A DNA stretch of 64,000 nt, from NCBI GenBank assembly GCA_964016885.1, contig OZ024761.1, positions 31,248,001-31,312,000 on the forward strand, read 5' to 3'. Positions 1 through 17,558 of this stretch are shown piece by piece. This DNA is from Eledone cirrhosa (lineage: Eukaryota). Each line of letters opens with the position of its first letter. Position 1 is the first letter of the stretch. Both the position numbers and the translations under genes were made by a program. Under the pieces are notes generated by a model. The model made no database searches and was not told the origin of the DNA. It worked only from the letters and a program-made list of their open reading frames with translations.

Positions 1-28
1 TGTTGCTGCGAGAACAACTACGATATCA

Positions 29-101
<73 letters not shown>

Positions 102-129
102 GTGTGTGTTTGTGTGTTAGAGAGGGGGG

Positions 130-410
130 CGCTTACAATCATGAGGTCGTGAGTTCTATTCTCGGACCGGGATTTGCGTTGAGCTCTTGAGGAAGACACT
201 TTATTTTACGTTGCTAGAAATGAGTTGCGATGTCACTGGTGTCAAGCTGTATCGGCCATTGCCTTTCCCTTAGACATCATCGGTGGTGTGGAGAGGGGAG
301 ACTGGTATGTATAGGTGACTGCTGGTCTTCCACAAACAAACCTTGCCCAGACTTGTGTCACGTAGGGAACTTCCTAGAAGCAAATCCCATTGTCATTCGT
401 GACCAAAGGG

Positions 411-415
<5 letters not shown>
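130..415 (+). mobile_element. tRNA-derived SINE family B (CORE-like), 5'-degenerate copy
   Basis: B-box-like gtgagttctattctc followed by CORE-like cttgaggaagacactttattttacgttgct; homologous to 17412-17558. Confidence 0.65.
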
Positions 416-465
<50 letters not shown>

Positions 466-582
466 AAGAAACAGGGGGCTGTGTGGTTGCTGGATAAAGT
501 GTATTTAGAAATAAGAGGAAAGCACGAACGGGGGATTTTTCCCATCATCAGTTGTCTGCTGGAGATCACGCACATTTCTACG

Positions 583-634
<52 letters not shown>

Positions 635-635
<1 letters not shown>

Positions 636-810
636 ATTGTTTCTACTTTAAGCACAAGCCAGCAATTACTGGTACTTTATTTTATCTACCCCGTAAGGAT
701 GAAAGGCAAAGTCAACCTCGGCGGGATTTGAACTCAGATCGTAAAGTGACGTAACTATGCTGGAAAGCATGGCGTCCGACCCTCTACCGATACTGCCAAT
801 CCACCGCCCT
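635..810 (-). mobile_element. tRNA-derived SINE family A, near full length
   Basis: Minus strand: A box tggcagtatcgg, B box gagttcaaatcc, conserved body gcctttcatccttacggggt. Other copies at about 7757, 9296, 20152, 21904, 25995, 27045, 27391, 33620, 33862, 37082, 39607, 47443, 51065, 51305. Confidence 0.85.
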
Positions 811-826
811 TATATATATATATATA

Positions 827-1245
827 GTAATAATAATAAATTAGAAGCCTAAAATCCAAAGAGGGCTCGATAAGGATAAATATATATCAAATATATAAGA
901 ACCGTAGAGCAAATATTTATTAAAATAACAGATTAAAGTTTAAGCAAAGAATCGCTGCTTTCACCCTTAATGGGATCTTCTGAAACTAAAAAAGTCAATC
1001 TGTGCACGCAGAAGTAAATATTTCAAAAAACGTTGCAACCGAAGAAAGACAGCAAGACGATACTTTGGTTCGTGGGAACGTTCCCTGGCAAAGAACGGGA
1101 AAAAAACGAAGATAATACATCATTATTTGGAGCGTGAAAAACAATTACACGCAAAGACAAAACCACGTTTATGGTATAAAAGAAGTTGTAGACTAATATT
1201 CTCTTAGGTGGTTCATGGAGACGTTCTCTGGCAATGAACGGAAAA
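827..1245 (-). mobile_element. Putative Penelope-like pLTR remnant with degenerate hammerhead (about 950-986)
   Basis: Embedded in (TA)n; minus strand cagaaga-tccc-attaa-gggt-gaaa; the terminal ~65 bp recur at 29777-29843. Confidence 0.4.
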
Positions 1246-1265
1246 ACGTCATATATATATATATA

Positions 1266-1465
1266 TAACGAAGGAAATGTGGTAAGGAACCAGGTGGACC
1301 ATAACGCACCAAAGTACTCAATACTTAGGGTAGTAGAGTGGGTAATAGGAACGAGTAGGACACCGACGGCTGAGCTCAAGCCGTTTCGACGGCTAATTCT
1401 GGACCAAACCGTCCAGAATTAGCCGTCGAAACGGCTTGAGCTCAGCCGTCGGGGTCCTACTCGTT

Positions 1466-1470
<5 letters not shown>
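1266..1470 (-). mobile_element. Fold-back element (inverted pLTR-like) carrying the 3' half of a hammerhead
   Basis: Arms of ~58 bp around aaaccg at about 1407-1412; gaaacggct-tgagctc-agccgtc motif; second copy at 3825-4012; TA-flanked. Confidence 0.65.
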
Positions 1471-1516
<46 letters not shown>

Positions 1517-1599
1517 GCGAGTGGCTTAGTGGTTAGCGTCATTGGCCATCTAGCGCAAGGTGGCGAGTATTACTACAATCTGTCAATGTTTTATCATGC

Positions 1600-1932
1600 T
1601 TCTGGTTTGCCAGCACTGTGGTCAAGTCTGCCTGAGCAAAGCTGGTTTGATTAGACATGAACAAAGTCATATCAGTAGACCTCATGTAGATTATGATCTG
1701 AAAAGGTTAAGGAATGTGGCAAAGAATGTGCAAGCATGGGAGATCTTAAAAGGCATATGAGCCAGAATCAAGCAGTGGAATGTCCCAGAGGAGCCTACAG
1801 TTGCCATGTGTGTGCCAGATGGTGCAAGATTTTGGCTGGTTTAAAGAGCCACATTCGTGCCTCACATCTTTGAGCATTTTATCGGGCGATAGCAATGCTT
1901 GAACACGAGTTTGCAGCCATCATGTATGTATG
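1600..1932 (+). pseudogene. 5'-truncated RTE-like LINE 3' end with three C2H2 zinc-finger motifs
   Basis: CQHCGQVCLSKAGLIRHEQSH, (x)KECGKECASMGDLKRHM and CHVCARWCKILAGLKSHIRA across frameshifts, ending in a (tgta)n tail. Confidence 0.6.
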
Positions 1933-1989
1933 TATCTCTCTCTCTGTATATGTGAGTATGTATGCGGGCAATTGTGTATTTGCATGTAA

Positions 1990-3567
<1,578 letters not shown>

Positions 3568-3808
3568 AAGATCAAAAGATGGTTAAAAGAGTTCCATGTA
3601 TTTTATTATGCGCATTTCCTGTTTTATCTGATGAAAACACAAATGTTATTGCATGATGATGAAATGCGCATAATAAAATACATGGAACTCTTTTAACCAT
3701 CTTTTGTTCTTATATATTATCTATACTCCAGTCCTACAAACTGTAGAGTGCTTCTTATCCGATATCTGCATTGCTTTATTGTACTACAATAAAACTCACC
3801 TCCTACAT
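3568..3808 (+). mobile_element. Fold-back pLTR-like element containing a hammerhead (3621-3679) with a stem II deletion
   Basis: Arms 3568-3618 and 3661-3711; gttttat-CTGATGA...GAAA-tgcgc-ATA-ataaaat; homologous copy at 50693-50886 (-). Confidence 0.75.
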
Positions 3809-3824
3809 ATATATATATATATAT

Positions 3825-4012
3825 AACGAAGGAAATGTGGTAAGGAACCAGGTGGACCATAACGCACCAAAGTACTCAATACTTGAGGTAGTAGAGTGGG
3901 TAATAGGAACCAAAGACCCCGACAGCTGAGCTCAAGCCGTTTCGACGGCTAATTCTCAAGAATTAGCCGTCGAAACGGCTTGAGCTCAGCTGTCGGGGTC
4001 TTACTGGTTCCT
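3825..4012 (-). mobile_element. Second copy of the 1266-1470 fold-back element
   Basis: Near-identical sequence with a different inversion point (gaattctcaagaatt). Confidence 0.7.
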
Positions 4013-4093
4013 ATATATATATATATATATATTGTTATACTTTGGGAGGGTCATGTTGCCAATAAAGTATCTTGCTAAACAAATTCAGAAACG

Positions 4094-4153
<60 letters not shown>

Positions 4154-4259
4154 ATGTATGTATGTATGTATGTATAAGAGAAGTAACAAAACAAACGTCA
4201 CGGTACATAGAAGAAATATATTAGCTAAACGCTAAACGTTTCGGACACTAGTTGTTCAT

Positions 4260-4314
<55 letters not shown>

Positions 4315-4584
4315 CACCACCACCACCACCACCACTACTGCTACTACTACTACTACTACTACTATAGACCATCGAGTTTCGCCATTCCTTAAGTTACATT
4401 GTTACTTGGTCAGATTGAGGCGTCTTTAAGAGTTTATTTCCGTCCGCCATCTTGCCAACTTAGTCAGTGTAAGACAACAGAAAGATTGCTGTTGTGTCCA
4501 TTTTTTTTCTGTAAAAACAAAACAGAAAAACATATTAACTTGTTACTGTTACGAAAGAATAATATATACCTATATGTTTATATA

Positions 4585-4662
<78 letters not shown>

Positions 4663-4849
4663 TATATACACACATATATATATATGTGTGTGTGTGTGTG
4701 TCTGTGTATGCATGATACATCTATATATTTGTATACATATATAGACATACACACACACACATATATGTATATATATGCAGATTTATATACACACACGCAC
4801 CACCCCCCCACCATAACCCCCCCACACACACACATATATATATATAATG

Positions 4850-5075
4850 ATTTCTTTATTAACCACAAGGGTTTACATAAAGTAGACATTAAGGACAGTG
4901 CAGGACAATGCAGGACGGTACAAATGGGCATTTCTGCGTGTAAAAAACAAAAACAGAGGATGTAACAAAAAATAACAATGAAAAATTCCCCAATAGGGGG
5001 CAGACTTCGGAGGGACATTTGTGGAGAAAGCCCAGTAAAAAGCCACAATGACCCTGACCACCAAGGCAAGTGCCC
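4850..5075 (-). mobile_element. Tx1/L1-like LINE 3' UTR fragment
   Basis: Minus-strand end cccttgtggttaataaagaaat matches the LINE end at about 47650. Confidence 0.5.
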
Positions 5076-5313
5076 TATATATATATAATGATTACTATAT
5101 TTAGCTCAAGTTATCAGGAAACCAGGTTCAATCCAATGCAGGGTACTTGAGAAAGGAACAACTCATTTTGTTAGAAATTAGCCATCTGTCGATGGGTCGC
5201 CTAATTTTTGGGTCGTCTAAATTTTAATTATATTAGTTAAAGGAGAGGAGGTTTTGACATTGTCTTGGTTCCTTTAGTCTCTCTCTCCCCCTCCCTGTTT
5301 CTTTCTTTACAGC

Positions 5314-5395
<82 letters not shown>

Positions 5396-5499
5396 ACAGT
5401 CTCTCAGTCTCTCCCTCTCTTTCTCTCTCTCTTCACATCAATGGAGGTAATATGAAATACGCATGTCGCGTTTTAATAAACAAATAAGTATATACGCCC

Positions 5500-7250
<1,751 letters not shown>

Positions 7251-7567
7251 ACACACGAAATGTGAACAATGTCTCTGCTAGGTGGCAGTAAAAGAGTCGC
7301 CTATAAATAGGGATACTGAGGTCTTCATGAATGAGTCTGTTGTGTAAATTGTTTGTTTATGGAGTTGTTGAGAGGAGGTCAAGCGTGGGAGGGAAAGACT
7401 TCACACACACTATATATATATGTTATATGTGTGTATATATGTATATATATATATACACACTATATATATATATATATGTGTGTGTATATATGTATATATA
7501 TATATATATATACACTCATCATGACGAACAACATATTATGACACTGTTCATACATTATGATAAACAA

Positions 7568-7606
<39 letters not shown>

Positions 7607-7609
7607 TTA

Positions 7610-7643
<34 letters not shown>

Positions 7644-7652
7644 GCGGGTTTT

Positions 7653-7683
<31 letters not shown>

Positions 7684-7963
7684 GAATTTATATATATGTT
7701 TTATTTATATATGTATATATGTATATGTATTTATATATATACATATAATATATATATTGTTTCTACATTTGGCACAAGGCCAGCAATTACCCAGTACATT
7801 ACTGGTACTTTATTTTATCGACCCCGTAAGGATGAAAGGCAAAGTTAACCTCGGCGGGATTTGAACTCAGACTGTAAAGGGACGTAACTATGCTAGAAAG
7901 CATGGCGTCCAACCCTCTACCGATACTACTATGTATATATGTATTTATATATATAAATATGTA

Positions 7964-8091
<128 letters not shown>

Positions 8092-8267
8092 TATATCACA
8101 ATGAGGCACACTACTTATACACGCATACTGCACACACACACATACATACATATCTAATCAACAACATATGACAATATTACATTGATACATCTCAATATAT
8201 ATATATATATAAATTGATTGTTTCTACTTTAGGCACAAGGCCAGCAATATATATATATATATATATA

Positions 8268-8702
8268 AATTGATGAGCAGAACAAACAAACATTAAACAA
8301 TCCTTTAAATAAATTAAAAAATGATTTAAATATCTACCTGTTCATAATGCTATTACCGGCGGTTTCCATTTACAAAAGATTAGAAATTCAGAGAATTTCC
8401 AGCAGACCGTGGGACTTAAGTCCTATAGAATGGAAATAGCTATCTGATGAAATTTACTTTCCGCTGGAAATTCTCTGAATTGCTAATCTTTTGTAAATGG
8501 AAACCGCCGGTAATAGAATTATGAACAGGTAGATATTTAAATAATTTTTTAATTTATTTAAAGGATTGTTTAATGTTTGTTTGTTCTGCTCATCAATTTT
8601 TATAATTCTGGTATCTCGAATTAGTACCATAGAACAACAATTATATTATAGACACCCTATATATCTCTATGGGTACTTAGTACTAAGTGAGATATTTACC
8701 TC

Positions 8703-8705
<3 letters not shown>
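8268..8705 (+). mobile_element. Fold-back pLTR-like element, ~135 bp arms plus 3' tail
   Basis: 8268-8403 is the reverse complement of 8463-8598; flanked by (TA)n on both sides. Confidence 0.8.
8439..8517 (+). ncRNA. Minimal type I hammerhead ribozyme with a long stem II loop
   Basis: ctat-CTGATGA-a-atttac...gtaaat-g-GAAA-ccgccg-GTA-atag. Confidence 0.65.
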
Positions 8706-8786
<81 letters not shown>

Positions 8787-8881
8787 TGTATGTTTAATTC
8801 AAAACATTTTGAAGACCTTGCGCTATTATTTTAAAGTAGTGATTATGTCACTTACTTCTTTTTTCAGCAAAGGTAGGGAGA

Positions 8882-8927
8882 TAAGCTGACAGATCTGTTT
8901 CACACTGTTGGTGTTCATCAGAGCCTA
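8882..8927 (-). ncRNA. Minimal type I hammerhead ribozyme, intact core
   Basis: taggct-CTGATGA-acac-caaca-gtgt-GAAA-cagatct-GTC-agctta; 6-bp stem I, 4-bp stem II, palindromic stem III acagatctgt. Confidence 0.9.
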
Positions 8928-9067
8928 GTACTCGACGACCTCTGCCGAAAATTATTGGGGCTGGATTCTTATAGAATTCCAGTAATAATGAGGAACTGAT
9001 TATACAGATCGATTGCCGGTCCAGCAAAAATTAAAAATTAGGATTGGTATATAAATATATATATATA

Positions 9068-9100
<33 letters not shown>

Positions 9101-9191
9101 CTTTAAAAGGTAAACAGAAATAGCAACACAATCGGTACAGTATATGGAAGGAATATATTAGGTTAACGTTTGAAATAGCAGGGAGAGCGTC

Positions 9192-9224
9192 ATGACGTTT
9201 CGGACGCTAGTCCTACATCAGAAG
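9192..9224 (-). ncRNA. Degenerate minimal hammerhead
   Basis: ctt-CTGATGt-a-ggac-tagc-gtcc-GAAA-c-GTC; one core substitution; related fragments at about 4230-4260 and 26881-26897. Confidence 0.55.
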
Positions 9225-9461
9225 AAAGAATTAGATAGATTGAATATGTGTGTGTGTGTGGGTGTGAGTGTGTCTGTATGTATATATGTATATAACTGTT
9301 TCTACTTTAGGCACAAGGCCAGCAATAACCCAGTACATTACTGGTACTTTATTTTATCGACCACGTAAGGATGAAAGGCAAAGTCAACCTCGGTGGGATT
9401 TGAACTCAGATCGTAAAGGGACGTAAAGAAACAACAATAACTACTACTGCTGCTGCTGCTG

Positions 9462-9503
<42 letters not shown>

Positions 9504-10128
9504 TTACTACTACTACTACAATAACATCTATTGCTTCTCATATTTCAAAATATCTACATGATTGTTGACACCGGATATAGAATACTTCCTCTTGTATTTT
9601 AGCCCCACCCCGTCTCCACATCACCCTCACCCATTCCCCTCATCACCCCCACTCATTCTCTCAACCTTACCCATCCCCTCCTTCCCCCCAACATATCTAC
9701 CCACCCCATCTCCACCCCACCCACCTCTCTTCCCCCTATCTCCCCTCCCATCTCCTCTCCCATCTCCCCTCCCACCTCCCATCTCCCCCTATCTCCCCCC
9801 ACTACCATTTCTTATATACTTCACACCTACACTATATGAAGTACATATATCTCTAATGATTCCATTTTTAGCACAAACAAAACATTTTTGTTTCTTTTAA
9901 ACACAAGGACACACACACACACACACACACTCATACATTCATACACACACATTCACACACACTAATATCTACTCATACACACTCACACACGCACACTCAT
10001 ACAGGCACACACTCATACACATACATATTCTTTAAATCTTGTATTCTTCCATTCGTTTACTCGCTTAAACCATTAAACTGAAACAATACCTTTCAGGGAT
10101 TTTAATCGATCATAACAAACTTCATTAA

Positions 10129-10172
<44 letters not shown>

Positions 10173-10439
10173 CCCTCTCTCTCTTTATCCCCCCTTTCTC
10201 TTTCTCTCTGTTTCCCCTCTCTATCTCTCCTCATTCTCTGTAACCTCTCCTCTCGATATATCCCCCTCTTTCTTTCTCTCTGTTTCCCCGTCTCTATCTC
10301 TCCTCTTTCTCTGTATCCTCTCCTCTCTCTATATCCCCCTCTTTCTGTATACCTTCCTCTCTTTCTGTATCTCCCCCGCCTCTCTCTCTCTCTCTCTGTA
10401 TCTCCCTCTTTCTGTACCTCATCTCTCTCTGTATGTTCA

Positions 10440-11140
10440 TTCCGGTTTCCGACTGAGAGTACAAGACATCCCCCTGGAAAGGACACCAGTCCTTCACAGG
10501 GTTAAACCCCTAGCTTTTGCCGTTGGTACCAATTTTCAGCTGGAGTATATTGGAGTAACATGAAATGAAATGTTTTTCTCACACAACAACACACAACCCA
10601 GGAACCGAACCCGCGACATTGTGATCATAAGTCCAACATTTTTACCACTAGGCCACATACCTCCTTGGTGTTAAGCAGCTGAGAGAACAAGACTTACCCC
10701 TGGATAGGACGCCTGTCCATCGCAGGGTTAAACTCCTAGCTATTGAACTATTGCCGTTGGTACTCATTTTCAGCTGAGTATACTGGAGCAACGTGAAATG
10801 AAGTGTTTTGCTGAAGAACACAACACACAACACAGAACCCAGCCCAGGAATCGAACCAACGACTTTATGATCATAACTCCAACACATTTACCACAATGCC
10901 ACATTCCTCCATGGTGTTAAGCAGCTGAGAGTGTAAGACTTCCCCTGGACAGGACAGTAGTCCATCACAGGATTAAACCCCCAGCTATTGCTGCTGCTAC
11001 TCAATTTCAGCTGAGTATATTGGAGCAACGTGAAATGAAGTGTTTTGCTGAAGAACACAACACACAACCCAGTCCATGAATCGATCTCACGACATTGTGA
11101 TCAGAAGTCCAACACCCTTACCACTAGGCCATACACCTCC
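10440..11140 (-). mobile_element. Three head-to-tail copies of a CORE-like tRNA SINE
   Basis: Units end at about 10665, 10910 and 11140; A box tggcctagtgg, B box ggttcgattcc; a further copy at about 39380-39600. Confidence 0.8.
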
Positions 11141-11491
11141 ACCAACCGATGCAGTGCCAGTTTAGTTTTACAGTCAGTTTAGAAGTAATGTACCCGTGTA
11201 GGGGTAGAGTTGGTGCACGGCGTGATGCACTCATTAAAACATTCCTATAAAAGATAAGAGAAGTTACACTTTGTCGCCAAGAATCTTAACAAAAACCTGG
11301 AACAAAAGGAGGTAGAGGGGGAGGGGTGAGATACAGGGGGAGGACATGGAGAGAGAGGGGAGGTGGAGAGAGGATGGGTGAGAGAGCGTGAGTGGGTGAG
11401 AGGGAGAGGGTGGGTGAGAGAGAGGGGAGATGGAGAGAGGGAGGGACATGGAGGAGATAGAGAGAGGGAGCGGGATGGAGAGAGGATGGAG

Positions 11492-11594
<103 letters not shown>

Positions 11595-11911
11595 GAGGGT
11601 GATAGAGAGAGAGAGAGGAAGGAGATACAAAAGGCAAGGGAGTGTTTGTGTGTGAGTGTGTGCATTACACCCCCGAATTGTAGATAGTGATAGACAGATA
11701 GATAGATAGATAGGTAGATAGGTAGATAGATAGATAGATAGATAGTGATAGATAGATAGATAGGTAGAGAGCGGAGAGGAAGGGGGGAGGGGGTTAATTC
11801 AGTCATTTAGGAAGTAAATGTGATTGCTCATTAAAAAGATAATTACTCCAAATTAATCAGAATTGTTTTACTGAAGAATAGCTGATAATGCAACGCAACT
11901 ATACCCGGGTA

Positions 11912-11957
<46 letters not shown>

Positions 11958-11964
11958 ATCCCAT

Positions 11965-12021
<57 letters not shown>

Positions 12022-12028
12022 GTCACAT

Positions 12029-12083
<55 letters not shown>

Positions 12084-12153
12084 ATCACATACACACACAC
12101 ACATATATATAAAAAATACAAACATATATATATGTATACACACACCCGTACAC

Positions 12154-12196
<43 letters not shown>

Positions 12197-12199
12197 GTA

Positions 12200-12250
<51 letters not shown>

Positions 12251-12284
12251 GTATATTTCTATATATATATGTATATATATATAC

Positions 12285-12315
<31 letters not shown>

Positions 12316-12431
12316 CATATATATATTTGTATATTTCTATATATATATATATATATATGTGTATATATATATAGATATGTATATATATATATAGATATGT
12401 ATGTATATATATATGTATATATATATGTATA

Positions 12432-12492
<61 letters not shown>

Positions 12493-12525
12493 TTATATAG
12501 ATATTTATGTATTTATATAGATATG

Positions 12526-12624
<99 letters not shown>

Positions 12625-12789
12625 TTCTACGGGTCGATATATAATTAGGGGTAGTTAAAGGGTTGGGTGTTAGGGGAGAGATGATAGCACAGATTAAACA
12701 ATAGGAAAGGGTGTATTTAAATTAAATAGAAAGATGTGATTGATTTGTTCTGAGTGATTCCCTTGTATACATTGTACACCAATAGAGAT

Positions 12790-15700
12790 ACACTGACACA
12801 CACACACACACTGACACACACACACACACAGGCACACACACATACATAGATATAGGTACATATAGATACACACACACTGACACACACAGGCAGGCACACA
12901 CACATACATAGATATACGTACATATAGATACACACACACTGACACATACAGACAGACAGACACACACACATACATAGATATACGTACATATAGATACACA
13001 CACACTGACACACACAGGCAGGCACACACACATACATAGATATACGTACATATAGATACACACACACTGACACACACACACACACAGGCACACACACATA
13101 CATAGATATAGGTACATATAGATACACACACACTGACACACACAGACAGGCACACACACATACATAGATATAGGTACATATAGATACACACACACTGACA
13201 CATACAGACAGGCACACACACACACATAGATATACGTACATATAGATACATACACACTGACACACACAGACAGGCACACACACATACATAGATATAGGTA
13301 CATATAGATACACACACACTGACACATACAGACAGGCACACACACACACATAGATATACGTACATATAGATACACACACACTGACACACACAGACAGGCA
13401 CACACACACACATAGATATACGTACATATAGATACACACACACTGACACACACAGGCAGGCACACACACATACATAGATATACGTACATATAGATACACA
13501 CACACTGACACATACAGACAGACACACACACATACATAGATATACGTACATATAGATACACACACACTGACACATACAGACAGGCACACACACATACATA
13601 GATATACGTACATATAGATACACACACACTGACACACACAGACAGGCACACACACACACATAGATATACGTACATATAGATACACACACACTGACACACA
13701 CAGACAGGCACACACACATACATAGATATACGTACATATAGATACACACACACTGACACATACAGATAGGCACACCCACATACATAGATATACGTACATA
13801 TAGATACATACACACTGACACACACAGACAGGCAGGCACACACACATACATAGATATACGTATATAGATACACACACACTGACACATACAGACACACACA
13901 GGCACACACACATACATAGATATAGGTACATAGATACACACACACTGACACACACAGGCAGGCACACACACATACATAGATATACGTACATAGATACATA
14001 CACACTGACACATACAGGCAGGCACACACACATACATACATATACGTACATATAGATACACACACACTGACACACACAGACAGGCACACACACATACATA
14101 GATATACGTACATATAGATACACACACACTGACACACACAGGCAGGCACACACACATACATAGATATACGTACATAGATACATACACACTGACACATACA
14201 GGCAGGCACACACACATACATACATATACGTACATATAGATACACACACACTGACACACACAGACAGGCACACACACATACATAGATATACGTACATATA
14301 GATACATACACACTGACACACACAGGCAGGCACACACACATACATAGATATACGTACATATAGATACATACACACTGACACATACAGACAGGCAGGCACA
14401 CACACATACATAGATATACGTACATATAGATACACACACACTGACACATACAGACAGGCACACACACATACATAGATATACGTACATATAGATACACACA
14501 CACTGACACACACAGGCAGGCACACACACATACATAGATATACGTACATAGATACATACACACTGACACATACAGGCAGGCACACACACATACATACATA
14601 TACGTACATATAGATACACACACACTGACACACACAGACAGGCACACACACATACATAGATATACGTACATAGATACACACACACTGACACATACAGACA
14701 GGCACACACACATACATAGATATACGTACATATAGATACACACACACTGACACACACAGACAGGCACACACACATACATAGATATACGTACATAGATACA
14801 CACACACTGACACATACAGGCAGGCACACACACATACATAGATATACGTACATATAGATACACACACACTGACACATACAGACAGGCACACACACATACA
14901 TAGATATACGTACATATAGATACACACACACTGACACATACAGACAGGCACACACACATACATAGATATACGTACATATAGATACACACACACTGACACA
15001 TACAGACAGGCACACACACATACATAGATATACGTACATATAGATACACACACACTGACACATACAGACAGGCACACACACATACATACATATACGTACA
15101 TATAGATACACACACACTGACACATACAGACAGGCACACACACATACATAGATATACGTACATAGATACACACACACTGACACATACAGACAGGCACACA
15201 CACATACATACATATACGTACATATAGATACACACACACTGACACATACAGACAGGCACACACACATACATAGATATACGTACATAGATACACACACACT
15301 GACACATACAGACAGGCACACACACATACATACATATACGTACATATAGATACACACACACTGACACACACAGACAGGCACACACACATACATACATATA
15401 CGTACATATAGATACACACACACTGACACACACAGACAGGCACACACACATACATACATATACGTACATATAGATACACACACACTGACACATACAGACA
15501 GGCACACACACATACATAGATATACGTACATATAGATACACACACACTGACACATACAGACAGGCACACACACATACATACATATACGTACATATAGATA
15601 CACACACACTGACACATACAGACAGGCACACACACATACATAGATATACGTACATAGATACACACACACTGACACATACAGGCAGGCACACACACATACA

Positions 15701-17035
15701 TACATATACGTACATATAGATACACACACACTGACACACACAGACAGGCACACACACATACATACATATACGTACATATAGATACACACACACTGACACA
15801 CACAGACAGGCACACACACATACATACATATACGTACATATAGATACACACACACTGACACATACAGACAGGCACACACACATACATAGATATACGTACA
15901 TAGATACACACACACTGACACATACAGACAGGCACACACATACATAGATATACGTACATATAGATACACACACACTGACACATACAGACAGGCACACACA
16001 CATACATAGATATACGTACATAGATACACACACACTGACACATACAGGCAGGCACACACACATACATAGATATACGTACATATAGATACACACACACTGA
16101 CACATACAGACAGGCACACACACATACATAGATATACGTACATATAGATACACACACACTGACACATACAGACAGGCACACACACATACATAGATATACG
16201 TACATATAGATACACACACACTGACACACACAGGCAGGCACACACACATACATAGATATACGTACATATAGATACACACACACTGACACATACAGACAGG
16301 CAGGCACACACACATACATAGATATACGTACATAGATACACACACACTGACACATACAGACAGGCAGGCACACACACATACATAGATATACGTACATATA
16401 GATACACACACACTGACACACACAGACAGGCAGGCACACACATACATAGATATACGTACATATAGATACATACACACTGACACACACAGACAGGCAGGCA
16501 CACACATACATAGATATACGTACATATAGATACACACACACTGACACACACAGACAGGCACACACACATACATAGATATACGTACATATAGATACACACA
16601 CACTGACACACACACACAGGCACACACACATACATACATATACGTACATATAGATACATACACACTGACACATACAGAGGTACAGGCACACACACACACA
16701 TAAATATACGTACACATACAGAGTTACAGGCACACACACACACACATAGATATACGTACACATACAGAGTTACAGGCACACACACACACAGATATACGTA
16801 CACATACAGAGGTACAGGCACACACACACACACACATAGAAATACGTACACATACAGAGTTACAGGCACACACACACACACACACATAGATATACGTACA
16901 CATACAGAGGTACAGACACACACACACACACATAGAAATACGTACACATACAAAGGTACAGGCACACACACACACACACATAGATATACGTACACATAAA
17001 GAGGTACACACACACACACACACATAGATATACGT
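12790..17035. repeat. 60/62-bp minisatellite, roughly 70 units
   Basis: Unit cactgacacatacagacaggcacacacacatacatagatatacgtacatatagatacacaca; explains the 1300-1500 aa ORFs. Confidence 0.95.
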
Positions 17036-17144
17036 GTGTGTGACAGCTCACACCTATGCAGGTTTAGCTGGCCTCCTCCAAGGTATATCTCGTTGGAGGT
17101 GTCTTGGGGGATTTTAATGACAGGTACCCCAGTCCCTATCATCT

Positions 17145-17286
17145 CATTTCTACAGCTGAGTAAACTGGAGCAATGTGAAATAAAGTGTCTTGCTCAAGGA
17201 CAAGACACATCACCCGGTTCGAGAATCGAACTCACAACCTTTCGATGACAAGTCCAATGCTCTAACCACTAAGCCATGCACCTTCA
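17145..17286 (-). mobile_element. SINE family B (tRNA head plus CORE-like domain)
   Basis: Reverse complement of 17412-17558. Confidence 0.85.
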
Positions 17287-17411
17287 CCGACCATATATGC
17301 CTGCATATCAAATGTGCTTTGGATCTCATAATCCATTTCTCATTGCGGTGAGTAGTGAAGCATTGACCAAGTACAGAAGATTTGAAATCGTTCATATTCC
17401 AGGCGCATAAT

Positions 17412-17558
17412 GAAGGTGCATGGCTTAGCGGTTAGAGCATTGGGCTTGCAATCGAATGGTTGTGAGTTCGATTCTCGAACCGGGGGATGTGTTGTTTCCT
17501 TGAGCAAGACACTTTATTTCACGTTGCTCCAGTTTACTCAGCTGTAGAAATGAGTTGC
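17412..17558 (+). mobile_element. SINE family B (tRNA head plus CORE-like domain)
   Basis: A box tggcttagcgg, B box gagttcgattc, CORE-like ccttgagcaagacactt...cagtttactcagctgtagaaatg. Confidence 0.85.

Noticed and set aside
12694-17142. 1331-1482 aa Cys/Val/Tyr-rich ORFs
   Set aside because: All three minus frames are open because the minisatellite lacks stops on that strand; no domain signal
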